A stretch of 64,000 nucleotides of DNA from Eledone cirrhosa (Eukaryota), in assembly GCA_964016885.1 (NCBI GenBank), contig OZ024746.1:23312001-23376000 (forward strand). The letters are read 5' to 3'. Under the pieces are notes generated by a model, which had not been told where the DNA came from, searched no databases, and worked only from the letters and a program-made list of their open reading frames with translations. Of this stretch, positions 37,450 through 50,200 are shown one piece after another. The first letter of the stretch is position 1. Every line of letters begins with the position of its first letter. The position numbers and the translations under genes are program-made.

Positions 37450-38865
37450 CTAGCTGGCCCGTCCAGCTGGAGTCCGTCTAGGTATACCGGCATTTTATCT
37501 TTTCAGAAATCCCCCCTACACTCCAGTGCAAAGATACCACACGCCCTCTCAAGTCGGGGGGGGGGGGGGGTTAACGTGCTATGATGTTGGGTTTGAATAG
37601 TTTTTAGGATTCCCCAGTTCAGCAGCCAGTATGTTAAAGAAAATTGATAGTTACAACAATAAAGGCTGAACAGAGAACAAATTTTTTAACAAACAATAAT
37701 TTGTACAACCATAATGGAAATTCCAAGTAACAGAAAATATTTAAATTACATTGTTAGAGCCTCAGAGTATACAATATTTTTTGTTTGGCCCTCCGGAGCA
37801 AAGATGAAGAGATTGTTTGGCGAGCTCACCCTAGAACATCCTACATACAATTGACCATGGGAGAATCACTAATTTCGTAGCTCGTCTCGCATAGAAGCTC
37901 TGTAGACGTTGACCTCTGGACATTCCTGTCAGGAGCAGGTAAGCTATAGTGACTTAGAGGCCTACCACCAATCTCCAGGACACTGTTTTCAAGACAAATG
38001 AGCCCCTCATTAAAAACGACATTGTATGTCACGTTTGGATTGTGTCTGTGTGTGCGGTGGAGGATGTCCTCAGCTAGACTTTCACGGTGGTTATTCCACA
38101 TTGCGAGAGGGTCGGCAAGATCGCAGTTGTGCAGCATAATAGCAAAAAGTTTTCGCAGCTGAGAAGGGACTTTAGCAGTTGCTGCTTCTTGCAGGGTGAG
38201 GTGCTAATGGCTGTCATTGTGTAACATACCACGCATCTGGCAAGCCAAACGGTAAGTGGAACATTGATGGCCATTGTTGGTTCTCAGATCTTGGAAAGAC
38301 TGTGGTCCTCTAACCTCGAACAGTAAAACTGACAATAGCCGTCTGTGCTTTCGTGAAATAAATAGGTTTTTGTTTTTGTGTATGCAAAAATATCTGTACA
38401 CGAATATATATATTAAAATAACAGATTAAAGTTTAATCAAAGAATCGCTGCTTTCACCCTTAACGGCATCTTCTGAAACTAAAAAAATCCGCCTGTGAAT
38501 GCAGTAAATATTTCGAAAAACGTTATCTAATGCAGACAGTCAGACATACAGAGACATTATAAGGGCGCTACGTTATAGCTATGTATCTATCTAAAAAGAC
38601 AGACTATGAAAAAGAGGGGAATGTTATGCGACGCCATAAGAAAAAGTGAGGAATGACATAACCAGAAGTGTTGACATTTGAAATTTTAAAGAGGTGAAAA
38701 TTTAAATAATGTCTTTAATCTTTTAACAAAATTCAGAAGACAAAAATACCCTCACTTTTTTACTTGGAAAAAGTAACATCTATGGTGCAAATTTGGTGCT
38801 GTTTAGTCCAGCCGTTTGGCGGAAAGTTTGTTACCTACATACGGCCGTTAGCTTTATAGTATAGA
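37450..38865 (-). mobile_element. Internally deleted Helitron (1416 bp) inserted in a piggyBac-type MITE
   Basis: A|TCTATACTATAAAGC ... palindrome TCCAGCTGGA ... CTAG|T. Rejoining the flanks restores the MITE end tatttca+ttaagaatgttaacaatagggttaa. Confidence 0.88.
37841..38345 (-). pseudogene. Helitron Rep/Helicase linker-region remnant
   Basis: LLFEVRGPQSFQDLRT.NG...TYRLACQMRGML and LRKLFAIML.NC..ADPLAMWNNHRESLAEDIL are typical of Helitron RepHel proteins. Frameshifted. Confidence 0.82.
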
Positions 38866-39771
38866 TTAAGAATGTTAACAATAGGGTTAAATTTTGCTTT
38901 GAAAGAAGACTTACCAGTCCTGGTGTCATGATAAAATACATCTACTATATGACAAAGTGGTTGATATACAAGGAGACAGTGTTGGTGCCATAATATAACG
39001 TAATATAACGTAATATAACGCACACCATTAAGTGGTTGCTGTTGGGCTTTTGTGTGTAGGGGGGGGGGGGGTAGAATAATGTCCAAAAAGAAATATTCAA
39101 ACTAGGCATAATCCTCTGACTTGCTTAGGGAAGTATCTCCAGACAAGGACCGATTCAGACCATGATAGCCCCTCCAACCTTTGTTACCAGAGAAAGTGGA
39201 TGTAAAATATAATACAAATCAGATTACTTTCCAATCATAGTAAAACATGCTTTCTACTTAAAGTAAAGCCTGTAAAGTGTCAGACAAAACATGCACTGAG
39301 AATTAATGGCCAGAAAATCCATTTGAACAATATGGCAGCTTTATAACTTCTGGAAATTCAGAGGTTTTTTACAGGTTGCTCAAGCAACTAGTTTGAGATA
39401 AAAAGGTACTCAATACTACAAGAACCAATTTGAGATAAGGTAGTCAGTACTACGCAAATAGTACATAAAATCAGGAAGTTAATTACAAAATACAATACTG
39501 GGATACATCACGTCTGACCTCTGACAAGCCTTTGCAACCTTAAATTTCCTTCCTCAATGCCAAACTTACTTAATCATAACCACCACATATTTCTATTATG
39601 TCAACAAACACTGTTCTTAAATACTGTATTAAATATTGACATAACTGTCCTCCTTAAAACTATATCTATCTGACACTTTTCTGCATAACTCTCCCCAATA
39701 ATATTAACTTCCTAAAAGCTGCTCTACTTTAAAAAGAAACAAAAAAACTATCACCTACCTAAACCATAAAA

Positions 39772-40000
39772 CCCTTTTGATACTAAACAGTTCTTGGTTC
39801 TATAATCAATAATGATTGTTTTAATGTTTACATTTATCTAAAAAAATCTTGTCAATTTTATTTAAAAACCTTTATGTTCCAAATACCAGCTTAATAATAA
39901 TAATGTTGATTATATTAAATTTCTCCAAATTCTTGATTATATTAAAATTATTTGAAAATCATAGACACTGTCTTTCATTAGAAATATGATAATGAAAGGG
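39772..40000 (+). mobile_element. piggyBac-type MITE family 1 (~230 bp), representative of roughly 20 copies
   Basis: CCCTTTTGATAC ... ttccaaa(c/t)accagcttaataat ... ttttcaaaattatttgaaaat ... AAAGGG|TTAA. Other copies near 12010, 24270, 25500(-), 28620, 30350(-), 32780, 35482-35704, 37270, 43680, 47330(-), 47612-47742, 49110, 49960, 51100, 53775, 58150, 58505 and 63080. Confidence 0.75.
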
Positions 40001-40571
40001 TTAAGCTCTACTCTTTTACTGGATAGCTACAAACTAAATTGTGTGTAGGCAAAGATAAAATGAACAGGGGGATACATTAACACAAAAGTCTTAGTTTCAT
40101 GCTTGTTGGAAAAGGAAAATGAATGTTTCAATGTATCAGACCATCAAGAAAGAGCAAAATTTGGAGAAAGAGAAGGTTGGAGAAAAAAGGGTCAATAGTT
40201 TACTAAATTCCTTTAAGATGGTGCACTAACTAGCATGGATGTAGTCTGATGTCTGAGACTATGAATTTGAATACCAAAATGGTGAATGCGTTTCCAGTTT
40301 TGTACTAGTGAACCAAATATGGAGCCATAGAGAGTAGAAGTTGACCCTGATTCAGTCTAATATAAGCATTCTTCCTTCTTTTACCTGAAAACCAACACTC
40401 AAAATTACAGAAGCCACACCAGTCTTATCACAGGAGAAACAAAAAACAAAACAAATTGCAAATGTTTTTAATAATAGAAAAGGGAAGGGCGAACAAGTTA
40501 GTCATACGCTTACAGACACTGCTGAACAATTATACATTGTGTGTGTGTACGTACATATGTGTATATATATA

Positions 40572-41058
40572 TCATCATCATCATCATCATCAACGTTTAA
40601 CGTCCGTGTTCCACGCTTGCATGGGTTTGGACGGGGGTAGTCCCACTTGAGGCAAGAGTGATTGTCTTGCTCGCATAGGACTGTCTGGCGGGTTTTCTAC
40701 AGCTGGATGCCCTTCCTAACACCAACCACATTTACAGTGTGGGTCTGGGAGGTTTTTACCGTGTTGCCTACACGGCCACATTACAGCGTGGACTGTGTGT
40801 TTTTTTGTCGTGACACCTACACGATCTCATTTGTTTCGGCCTCGATGGCGCGGCACCAACATAACTTTACATAGAACGGGGTGGTGTGGATGGGGTGGGG
40901 GTGGGGGTGGATGGGGTGGGGGTGGTGGTGGTGGGACGGGGTGTATTTTGTTAGAGATGCCTACTGGCTGGAGTAGGTTTTACTATATATTTAGGTAAGG
41001 CGGGTCTTCTCTGTTACTGAGTACCGCCAAAGGTCTCGGTCCAGTGACATTGTCTTGG
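40572..41058 (-). mobile_element. RTE LINE 3' end, inverted duplicate of 41544-42001
   Basis: (CAT)n tail and 3' UTR. Near-identical reverse complement of the neighbouring copy. Confidence 0.9.
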
Positions 41059-41193
41059 TGTGACTTCAAGCCAGCATTCAAAAGGCACTGTTTGATACTT
41101 AAGATGTCAGATATTAAACAATGCTTGTGATTGAAGCTTTTTTAAGTGAGGAAAGGCTTTGCACAGAGCCAGTCCCACTCTCTGAACATCAAA

Positions 41194-41233
<40 letters not shown>

Positions 41234-41314
41234 CATACTTTTTTAAGTGAGGAAAGGCTTTGCACAGAGCCAGTCCCACTCTCTGAACATCAAATCCATA
41301 TATATATATATATA

Positions 41315-41997
41315 CGTGAACGGCAAAGCATAAACGAACTAAGGAAAAAATTAGAGATAAGAGGGATCAGATGTTGTTTACTCGAGAGAAGGCTACGTTG
41401 GTATGGACACGTGATGCGCATGAAAGTCGATAGCTGTATAACAAAGTGCAGGGCAATAAAGATAGACGGTAGTCACGGAATAGGCAGACCTAGAAAAACC
41501 TGGGACGAGCTGATAAACTCCGACATCACACACTTACACCTCTCCAAGACAATGTCACTGGACCGAGACCTTTGGCGGTACTCAGTAACAGAGAAGACCC
41601 GCCTTACCTAAATATATAGTAAAACCTACTCCAGCCAGTAGGCATCTCTAACAAAATACACCCCGTCCCACCACCACCACCCCCACCCCATCCACACCAC
41701 CCCGTTCTATGTAAAGTTATGTTGGTGCCGCGCCATCCAGGCCGAAACAAATGAGATCGTGTAGGTGTCACGACAAAAAAACACACAGTCCACGCTGTAA
41801 TGTGGCCGTGTAGGCAACACGGTAAAAACCTCCCAGACCCACACTGTAAATGTGGTTGGTGTTAGGAAGGGCATCCAACTGTAGAAAACCTGCCAGACAG
41901 TCCTATGCGAGCAAGACAATCACTCTTGCCTCAAGTGGGACTACCCCCGTCCAAACCCATGCAAGCGTGGAACACGGACGTTAAACGTTGATGATGA

Positions 41998-42001
<4 letters not shown>
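41315..42001 (+). mobile_element. RTE LINE 3' fragment
   Basis: RRLRWYGHVMRMK...GRPRKTWDE...DRDLWR C-terminus, 3' UTR and gatgatgatga tail. Confidence 0.9.
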
Positions 42002-42042
<41 letters not shown>

Positions 42043-42088
42043 CATACATACATACACACATATGTATATATATATACACATACACACA

Positions 42089-42130
<42 letters not shown>

Positions 42131-42734
42131 AACACACACCACACACACATTTTAGTGGGGCAGTGAAGTGAGAAATTCCTAGTCTTCAATAAGACATTTC
42201 TCTAAGAAAAGGTCACTTTGATTTAGAACCTGCGACTTCATTTGCATCCAATGATGTAGACCAGTTCTTTTTGGGTAAATGCATTTGATGTTCAGAGAGT
42301 GGGACTGGCTCTGTGCAAAGCCTTTCCTCACTTAAAAAAGCTTCAATCACAAGCATTGTTTAATATCTGACATCTTAAGTATCAAACAGTGCCTTTTGAA
42401 TGCTGGCTTGAAGTCACACCAACGAGCACATGATGGTAACGTCCAAGTTGATTATTCAAACTTCATTGCAGAGAATTAGTTCCAGTGCTATGTTTGTCAG
42501 AAAATTTACAAATCAGGTGGTGGATTGAAGCGACATCTCAACATACACAATAAGCAAACCCAGAGTGGAAACAAAAACGAAATGAGACCATCGTATTATT
42601 TGTGGATGGATGTTTCACAGGTTTTCACGACTCAAAAGCCATTTGAGATCTCATGCCAGGAAAGAACGGACAAAGAGCAAGAAGTGGTCAAGCTTTGTAT
42701 GGAGCAGTCGACCTTCATATTTCATATTGTTTTC

Positions 42735-43570
42735 ACATCCACTTTTCTGCTTTTCAGCATGGTACTTCTCCACTCGTCACGTTCCTTCGTCATCTCCTCT
42801 GCCATCTTAGCGATTTGAGGTCAGCTCTCACAACCTCTGCCCCCATGTCTTTCTTGGCTGTCCTCTACTGCGGCTTCCTTCCACAGATTTCCTGGCATCG
42901 GTCATTGTCCATACCAATGCTGTCTTCTCTCCTGCACACCACCTCGAATTCCTCTTAAACCCAGCTTTTCCTTCAGCTTGTCCAAGCTTTGCCTTTCTCT
43001 CACACTTACATTGCACATCCAATGAAGCATGGTTGCTTCATTTACTCTAGTCTACACATGTTCTCTACAGTCACAACCCATACAGCATTGCGCACCGCAC
43101 ACAGGCGTCATGCAGCCTTCCTTTTGTACATAGAGAAATCTTTTGTTGACAACAGTGGGAGTAGTTCTCAATTTCTTCCATCCTATCCTTATTCTAGCTA
43201 TTATACTGTCAACACACTCTCCTCTGCTGCTAATTAGGTCACCTAGATCGCAAAAGCTATCAACCATGTCTATAGATCCTTTCTGTGACTGGAAAAGGTA
43301 TATATCATTGGCACTCTTCCTCTTGATTTTTCCTGTGCATCTACACGCAAAGTCTATTAATCTACTCGTTATCTCACTACATCTTTTGTGTACCTAAGAT
43401 TTACATTGTGTACAATTGAATGGAGTTTATGATTACTCCTTTACATATTGAGCAGGGCCACTTCCCTGAGGGCAACCCATTTTAAACTCCTCTGTTATGG
43501 CCTGAAGATCTATGATAAACAGCAGTGGGCTAAGAACTGAACCTTGATGAACTCCTACCTGTACCTTGAA
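42735..43570 (-). mobile_element. Older, degraded RTE LINE fragment
   Basis: Remnants VGVHQGSVLSPLLFII, VDSFCDLGDLIS, RIRIGWKK and RGQPRKTW, with many frameshifts. Confidence 0.8.
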
Positions 43571-44294
43571 CTATATAAATAATTCTCAGATATTTTAACT
43601 GTTTCATGACACCTATTAAGGATGGAACCATTTGTATGAGGTTAGCCCTCTTGATATCAAATCACCCCTGTCCATTTTGTAGAGTTTATATTTATCTACA
43701 AACATTCCACTACAACTTTTGTGTAAGAACCTTCATGACAAAATTTCGAATTTTTGCTTATTTTCAAAATGGTTTGAAAATCATAGGTAATGTCTCATTA
43801 AAAATGTGGTAACAAAAGAGTTAATGAATATATGGGTATTAGAAATAAAATAAAAACAATAAAATTATTATTGATCTTTCTAGAACAAAAAGCCAATGCT
43901 GACGCTTCAGTTATCACAATGTGAGAAATAGAAACTTCATCTGCAGCAATATAATTTTATATTTTGTAAGTAATGATTTCCTAAATTGTGAAAGCTCACA
44001 CTTATGAAGGTTCAGCTTGTCTTCTGTGAGGTTACATATAGACAGTTTCTCAAGTGTTTTAATGGGAGGGGTCCTAGCCCTACATACTTTGTGGGCGGTG
44101 TACAACCATGTTTTACTATATAATATGGTACCTATTATTTTACACGTGGTGTAGAAAAACATGAGCCACACTGTGGAAAGAAGATAGTAAAAATGTGTGA
44201 TAGTGATGGTGGAAGCAGCAAACAGTGGAATTTTTTATTTCATGTCTTGGAGTGGGACATTACCTTTTAAACCACCCACCACTAGTCACACTGC

Positions 44295-44345
44295 AGAGAG
44301 AGAGAGAGAGAAAGAAAGAGAGAGAAAGAGAGAGAGAGAGAAAGT

Positions 44346-44378
<33 letters not shown>

Positions 44379-44392
44379 GAAGAGAGAGAGAA

Positions 44393-44423
<31 letters not shown>

Positions 44424-44442
44424 AAGAGAGAGAGAGAAAGAG
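44295..44442. repeat. (AG)n microsatellite, imperfect
   Basis: Directly visible. Many (TA)n and (CA)n tracts occur elsewhere, e.g. 5672-5732, 34433-34494, 60583-60623 and 63733-63786. Confidence 0.95.
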
Positions 44443-44751
44443 CAGTTGTGGTGGTGTCAAAATGTTCTTTTTTAAAACCAATGCTTTATAAAAAATATTG
44501 TCAAATTATAAATGACGAAAATATTCTATTTTGGGAGTTTCATTTGTTATATTAGTGTACATACATAACTATAAGACATATCGATCTTTAATATCTGGTG
44601 GTTGTTTCTAATGAAACCTTGGAGTTTTCTTAAGGTTAACCCTAGAGCAACCAGCAATGAGTTTGGCATATTTAGGTATTCTATATATTTAGGTTATAAC
44701 AACTGTTATAACAATATATATATCGGTCAAGGTGATACATATATATATATC

Positions 44752-45116
44752 ACCTTGACCGACCAGTCGTCGGGCGCCGCTGGTCACAGCACGCGCTGTT
44801 TTAGCCATACGATGACACCATCCCACTGGCTGGACGAGCAGGCCTTAAGTCTTATGCCAGAAGGCTCATTTGGCCGGTGCTTATCCCGGTTTCAGGCGTG
44901 AAACGACAGAGTAGAAGACTCCCCCTGGACAGGACGCCAGTCCATCGCAGGGTTAAACCTCCAGCTAATCCTGGTACTCATTTTCAGCTGAGTAAACTGG
45001 AGCAACGCGAAATAAAGTGTCTTGCTCAAGGAAACAACACATCACCCGGTCCGAGAATTGAACTCACAACCTTTCGATTGCAAGCCCACTGCTCTAACCA
45101 CTAAGCTATGCACCTT
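44752..45116 (-). mobile_element. Near full-length tRNA-derived SINE, family B
   Basis: Minus strand AGGTGCATAGCTTAGTGGTTAGAGC (A-box) ... GAGTTCAATTCTC (B-box) ... TCCTTGAGCAAGACACTT ... GGACTGGCGTCCTGTCCAGGGG. CpG-rich, so probably young. Confidence 0.82.
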
Positions 45117-45165
<49 letters not shown>

Positions 45166-45339
45166 TCCTTGCAAGCAAGGAAAAGCAGACATAAAAATGT
45201 AATAAATATATATATTTATATAAACCAAGCCAAAATTAGTTCTGTATGAGCAAGACATGCTCATCTGACTTCGACTTGCCTCAAATAGGACAACCCGTCT
45301 AACCCATGTTAGCATGGGAAATGAACGGTGACAGTGATT

Positions 45340-45602
45340 TTATATATATTATAACCCTAATTTAAGGTTAACATCAAGACTTATCAATGACTATGGTTTA
45401 CTTAGGTATTCAGTAGTGTACAGTCATGTACAGTCATGTAAAGTTTACTTATCAATGACTATGGTTTACTTAGGTATTCAGTAGTGTACAGTCATGTTTT
45501 TACTATATATGATATCCTAATTTAAGGTTAACCCCAAGACTTATCAATGACTAATGTTTATATAGGTACCCAGTAGATGTACAACTGTGTTTTACTGTAT
45601 AT
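45340..45602. repeat. Local direct duplications (~70-90-bp units)
   Basis: acttatcaatgactatggtttacttaggtattcagtagtgtacagtcatgt occurs three times; taatttaaggttaac occurs twice. Confidence 0.8.
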
Positions 45603-47123
45603 ACATCACACATGTTACATTGATCAGTTAAGACAAACATAGTAAAAAATAACAGACTATTTCCTATGTAGCTTTGTATACAGCATTTAGCTAGGATTCA
45701 ACCTAGAGCTAGTTTGATATAGAAAAGGGACAAACCATCGTCGTCATATAAATGATTTCGATGGGTTCCTACATTCCAAGAGTTTTTATTTAATGTTACT
45801 GCTGTCCTGGATGGGGCAGAATTACATCTCACTTGTACATTCCACTTAACAGTTTCTCAAATTGGATTCCCTTTCAATCACTTTACAAAATGTACTAGGT
45901 GTATTTTATCATGGTACCTGGACTAGTCCGAACAAAGACTAAATTGCCAACCACACAAATATCCTCATCATTTTTACGTCCATTTTCCATGCTTGCATGG
46001 GTTGGATGGGTCCTTTTCAGCACACCATCTCTCCACATTCCTTTGTCATCTCCTCTGTGACTCAGCAATTTGAGATCAGCTCTCACCACACACACACACA
46101 TGCATTTATACATATATATGTGTGTGTGTGTTGGTATACAAGATACAAGTATATGACAGAATTATATCTATTATAAAATGTAGAAAATCTAATCTATCAG
46201 TAATCTTAATATGCCAACCTAAAGACATAACATTAAACAATACATAAAATAAAATATCTACTTTAAACAGCAATTATCACCATGTATAAGTACAAATGTT
46301 AATTCTACACCCAACGAAGTAAACTGTTTTAAGGAATGTTAAAAGTGCATATTTTTAACAGCCCTATATTTAACCCATTTATCAAATTTCTAATGAATTG
46401 CACTGTATTTCCTTTAATTAACAATTTGGAGGATTTTATGAAAATTATTAATTATTTCATTAAGATGATATTTGTAAGGTATTTCACAAAAGCTTCTTAT
46501 ATAAAATTAATGGGTCTGAAGTGTGTGTAGTTTCATCATAAGCCAGGGTTTTTTTTTATTAGTATCGTGTGTTACCTTTTAGGTGTGGTTATACATAATA
46601 TTGGTTGAAATTTCACAACACATTTACTAACTAAGCATGGTCCAGAAATGATACATAATTATTTACTCAGGTTACAAAGTTAGGTGTATATTGTAATATT
46701 ATAATCATGATATGAATGAATAATGATTACTGGCAGTAGTTTACATTTTTGTTAATCAATACAGAAGTGTAGACATAGAGAATCACCAATACTGTGACAG
46801 CTTTATTATTGACACAGCTACAATGGCTGAGAAATGAATGAACTAGTGCTGAAATACTAACATATGGTGGTCATCAAGCCACACATGATGATATAGTTGG
46901 CATGGCTGACATAAGTTTACACTCCTATTTTACAAATGAAACTATAAGTACAAGAGCACTGAGCTATAAAATGACTACAATAATAAAAAAAACCATCAAC
47001 CCACATGTTTGCATAGAAAAAGGAATGAAAAAAAGAGGGAAATCTGATTTCTTTAATGTTAGTTTTTAGAGCAAACAGTCTATCCTTGCCATATTACTAA
47101 TGAAGTACACTACTTTAATTAAT

Positions 47124-47298
47124 TGTTTCTACTTTAGGTACAAGGCCAGCAATTACCCAGTGCATTACTGGTACTGGTACTTTATTTTATCGACCCCGTA
47201 AGGCAAAGTCAACCTCGGCGGGATTTGAACTCAGATTGTAAAGGGATGTAACTATGCTGGAAAGCATGGCGTTCGACCCTCTACCGATACTGCCAATC
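47124..47298 (-). mobile_element. Family A SINE, 16-bp TSD
   Basis: cactactttaattaat at 47108-47123 and 47299-47314. Body homologous to 5825-6010, with further copies near 50170, 62270 and 62715. Confidence 0.82.
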
Positions 47299-50200
47299 CA
47301 CTACTTTAATTAATGAATGATTTACAGAAATTATAAATTACTTCATTAAGATGGTATTTGTAACATAAAAGGTGCTTATATAAAATCATGTTGGAAGACA
47401 TTGATTTAAATGGGTGCCCTTAAAAATGGGTGGTTTTGTTTCATACAAGAGGTTTTGGGGGAGTTGGTATCAAAATGATTTGAAGGGTATAAGTCAGGAA
47501 GGGCACCCGACTGTAAAAACATTGACAATATTAATGAAAGAGTACTCAGTTATATTGCCTGTTCTTTTATACTCCAGATTTCACTTTTAAAACAGCTCCG
47601 TTTAAATGTAACCCTTTTGATACCAACCAGCTTGAAAATGGCCCTGGTTTTATGATACAAAACTGGCCATTATCAAATTTGTCCAATTTTTATTTTTTAT
47701 AAATAAGCAGTGTTTCTCATTAAAAATACAGTAACAAAAGGGTTAACCAAAACTTTCTACTACATTCTATAAGATAATATTAACATCCACCATTAATTTA
47801 TAATGGCTAGTTAATGATTATTACTAAACAAAAATCAAACTAATATTCATATCATGTGTAGCCAAATTTTCAGAATATGCACACTATATTTCTGCAGGTC
47901 ATAAAAAGACTAAAAGGGTTGCACCAAGAAAAGCATCCAACTGTAAAAGACTGCCTCAAAATGCCCCATCTTAACTCATACCAGTATGAAAAAAAACATG
48001 TAAAATCAATGACGAAATGTATTTACAAAAGTCACAATTATAAAATTGAAATGTTATTAACATCTTTTATAATTGTTAATAGTTTGCATATACATACTAT
48101 TTTAAAGGGTTCCGAGTTAAAATCTTCCAGCATAATTTTATAAGTATAAGTGACAATCTTCCCTCATAAATACAGGCATAGCTAGCTGTATGAGTAAAAA
48201 GTTTGTTTTACAACCATGTGACTGACTTTAGTCACACTGGGTGGTTCCTTGGCTAAGTGTCTTCTGCTATAGCCTCCTTGTGATAAACGTTTGGTAGGCA
48301 GAAAGTGCAGAAGTCCATTGTCTATAGATGTGCATGTGTATGCACGCATGCTTTTACATTTTGACAAAAGGATCAATAAAATGAGTTTGGGGATCAACAT
48401 AATCGACTTAAAACCAATAAAAAAAATTTGTTAAAATATTTGTTACAAATACTTAATGAAATAACTTTCGTAAATCTTTCAAAATTCTTCACTAATTCAA
48501 ATAGTGTGGTTATGAAGGTTTTTTTTTTTTTCGCTCAGAGGGAGCTACCTTCTATGTGTTTTCACAAAAAGAAAGGTTTTCTGAGAATGCCCAATTTGCT
48601 TAATGGTTGTTTGGGTGGCTTTTACAAATATTTAGGTATGAGCAGAAACTTTACATATACAACCTATTTTATTTAACCCAGCCATATCCAGCCAGAGTTC
48701 TCTCATCTCTTTCTGTTCAAACTGGCCACTCATACTGACGTTAAGGTATTGCTCTCAAAATAAATATCAAAATCTCGTAGATTCAATTTTATGTGACGTA
48801 AAGCCTTTACTATGAAAATATAGTAGTATATATATTATAGAGTAATGTAAATGCTAAAGGGTTAACAAAAACTAGTATGCTGGGATGAATAATAGTGATT
48901 TTTGTACTGACATGAAAATGCTTTTCATGTCACTATAAATATGGACTGCATTTTGTTTAAAGTACAGTGTCTTATATTTTCAAAAAAATTAATTTAGTTT
49001 TATTCTGAAATAGATATATATATATATATATATATTTTTTTTTTTATTTATAACATTTAACCTTTTTTTATAGTAACCCATTACTGGTTTTACGATACAA
49101 AACTTTAATCCTTTTGATACAAAACTGACCAAAACAAGCTCTGGCTCTATTAAACAAAACTACCCATTTTAAAGAGTTCCTATTTATATTTAAATCTTCC
49201 AATATTAAATAAGAACCATTTGTTACAAAAACTATCTTAATGAAGAATTTAGAGGAATTTAATACAATCATTATTCATGAATTAATTGAAATATGTCTGC
49301 TTGAACAAAAGGATTAAGGTTTAAAGTGCTTATCTAAAAAACTTCCATCATAATTTTTTGATGAACCGTTATGTTCCAAACACCAGCTTAATGAGAAAGT
49401 TAAATCCTTCCCAATTTTTTATTATTATTTTCAACATTTGAAAATCACATGCAGTGAGTTTCATAAGAAATATGGTGACAAAAGGATTAACAAAATACTT
49501 CCCAGTAATTCTATTTACATTTCCTTCACTTAACTATTAAATTACAAACTAACAATTATTACATAAGTTTTATGAGCCCATTGATGTGCACCTGGAAAGT
49601 TGTTCTCGAAAGTGCAGGTTTGAGCAAGGCCTTTTCTCAAAAACTAGCTGTTACCTATGCAGGGAAATCTTTTATAAACACATCACCGATGGTGTCCAAT
49701 TGAAAGAGAAGGGCTAACACTGCTCGGCACTAGTAATATTGCAGGTGAACTCAGAACAAAAGACTGAAAGAAATATACATTATCTAATTCATGCAAAATA
49801 TTTCAATGAAAATTTGCTGAGACATTTTATGTCATTTGGTCTCCCTTAGATTTTTGGGTAATTTTGTCAGAATTCAAATACTTTAAACTGAATTTTCTCA
49901 AGCTTAGAAATAAAATGTTGCATGTTATATTGATTTGGTATAGTCAGAGCATTGGATTAACCTTTTCATTATCAACCCAGCCAAAACCAGTTCTGATTTA
50001 ATGAAACAAAAACCACCCATTTAAAGGGCTCCTATTCAAATTAAAATCTTCCGAGATAATTTTAGATCTCTCAAAATTATTAATTAATTCATATAGAGTG
50101 TATTTCTAATGAAATACAGTTATGAAAATGTTAAATACCCTACAGTATTTGTCCCGTCTCGTAGACAATAGAAGGCAGCAAACATCGGATAGAATGCTTT

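Noticed and set aside
44197-44481. RE-rich and SL-rich ORFs
   Set aside because: (AG)n microsatellite.
45045-45116. tRNA gene
   Set aside because: The A and B boxes continue directly into a SINE body, and there are multiple diverged copies, so this is a SINE head.
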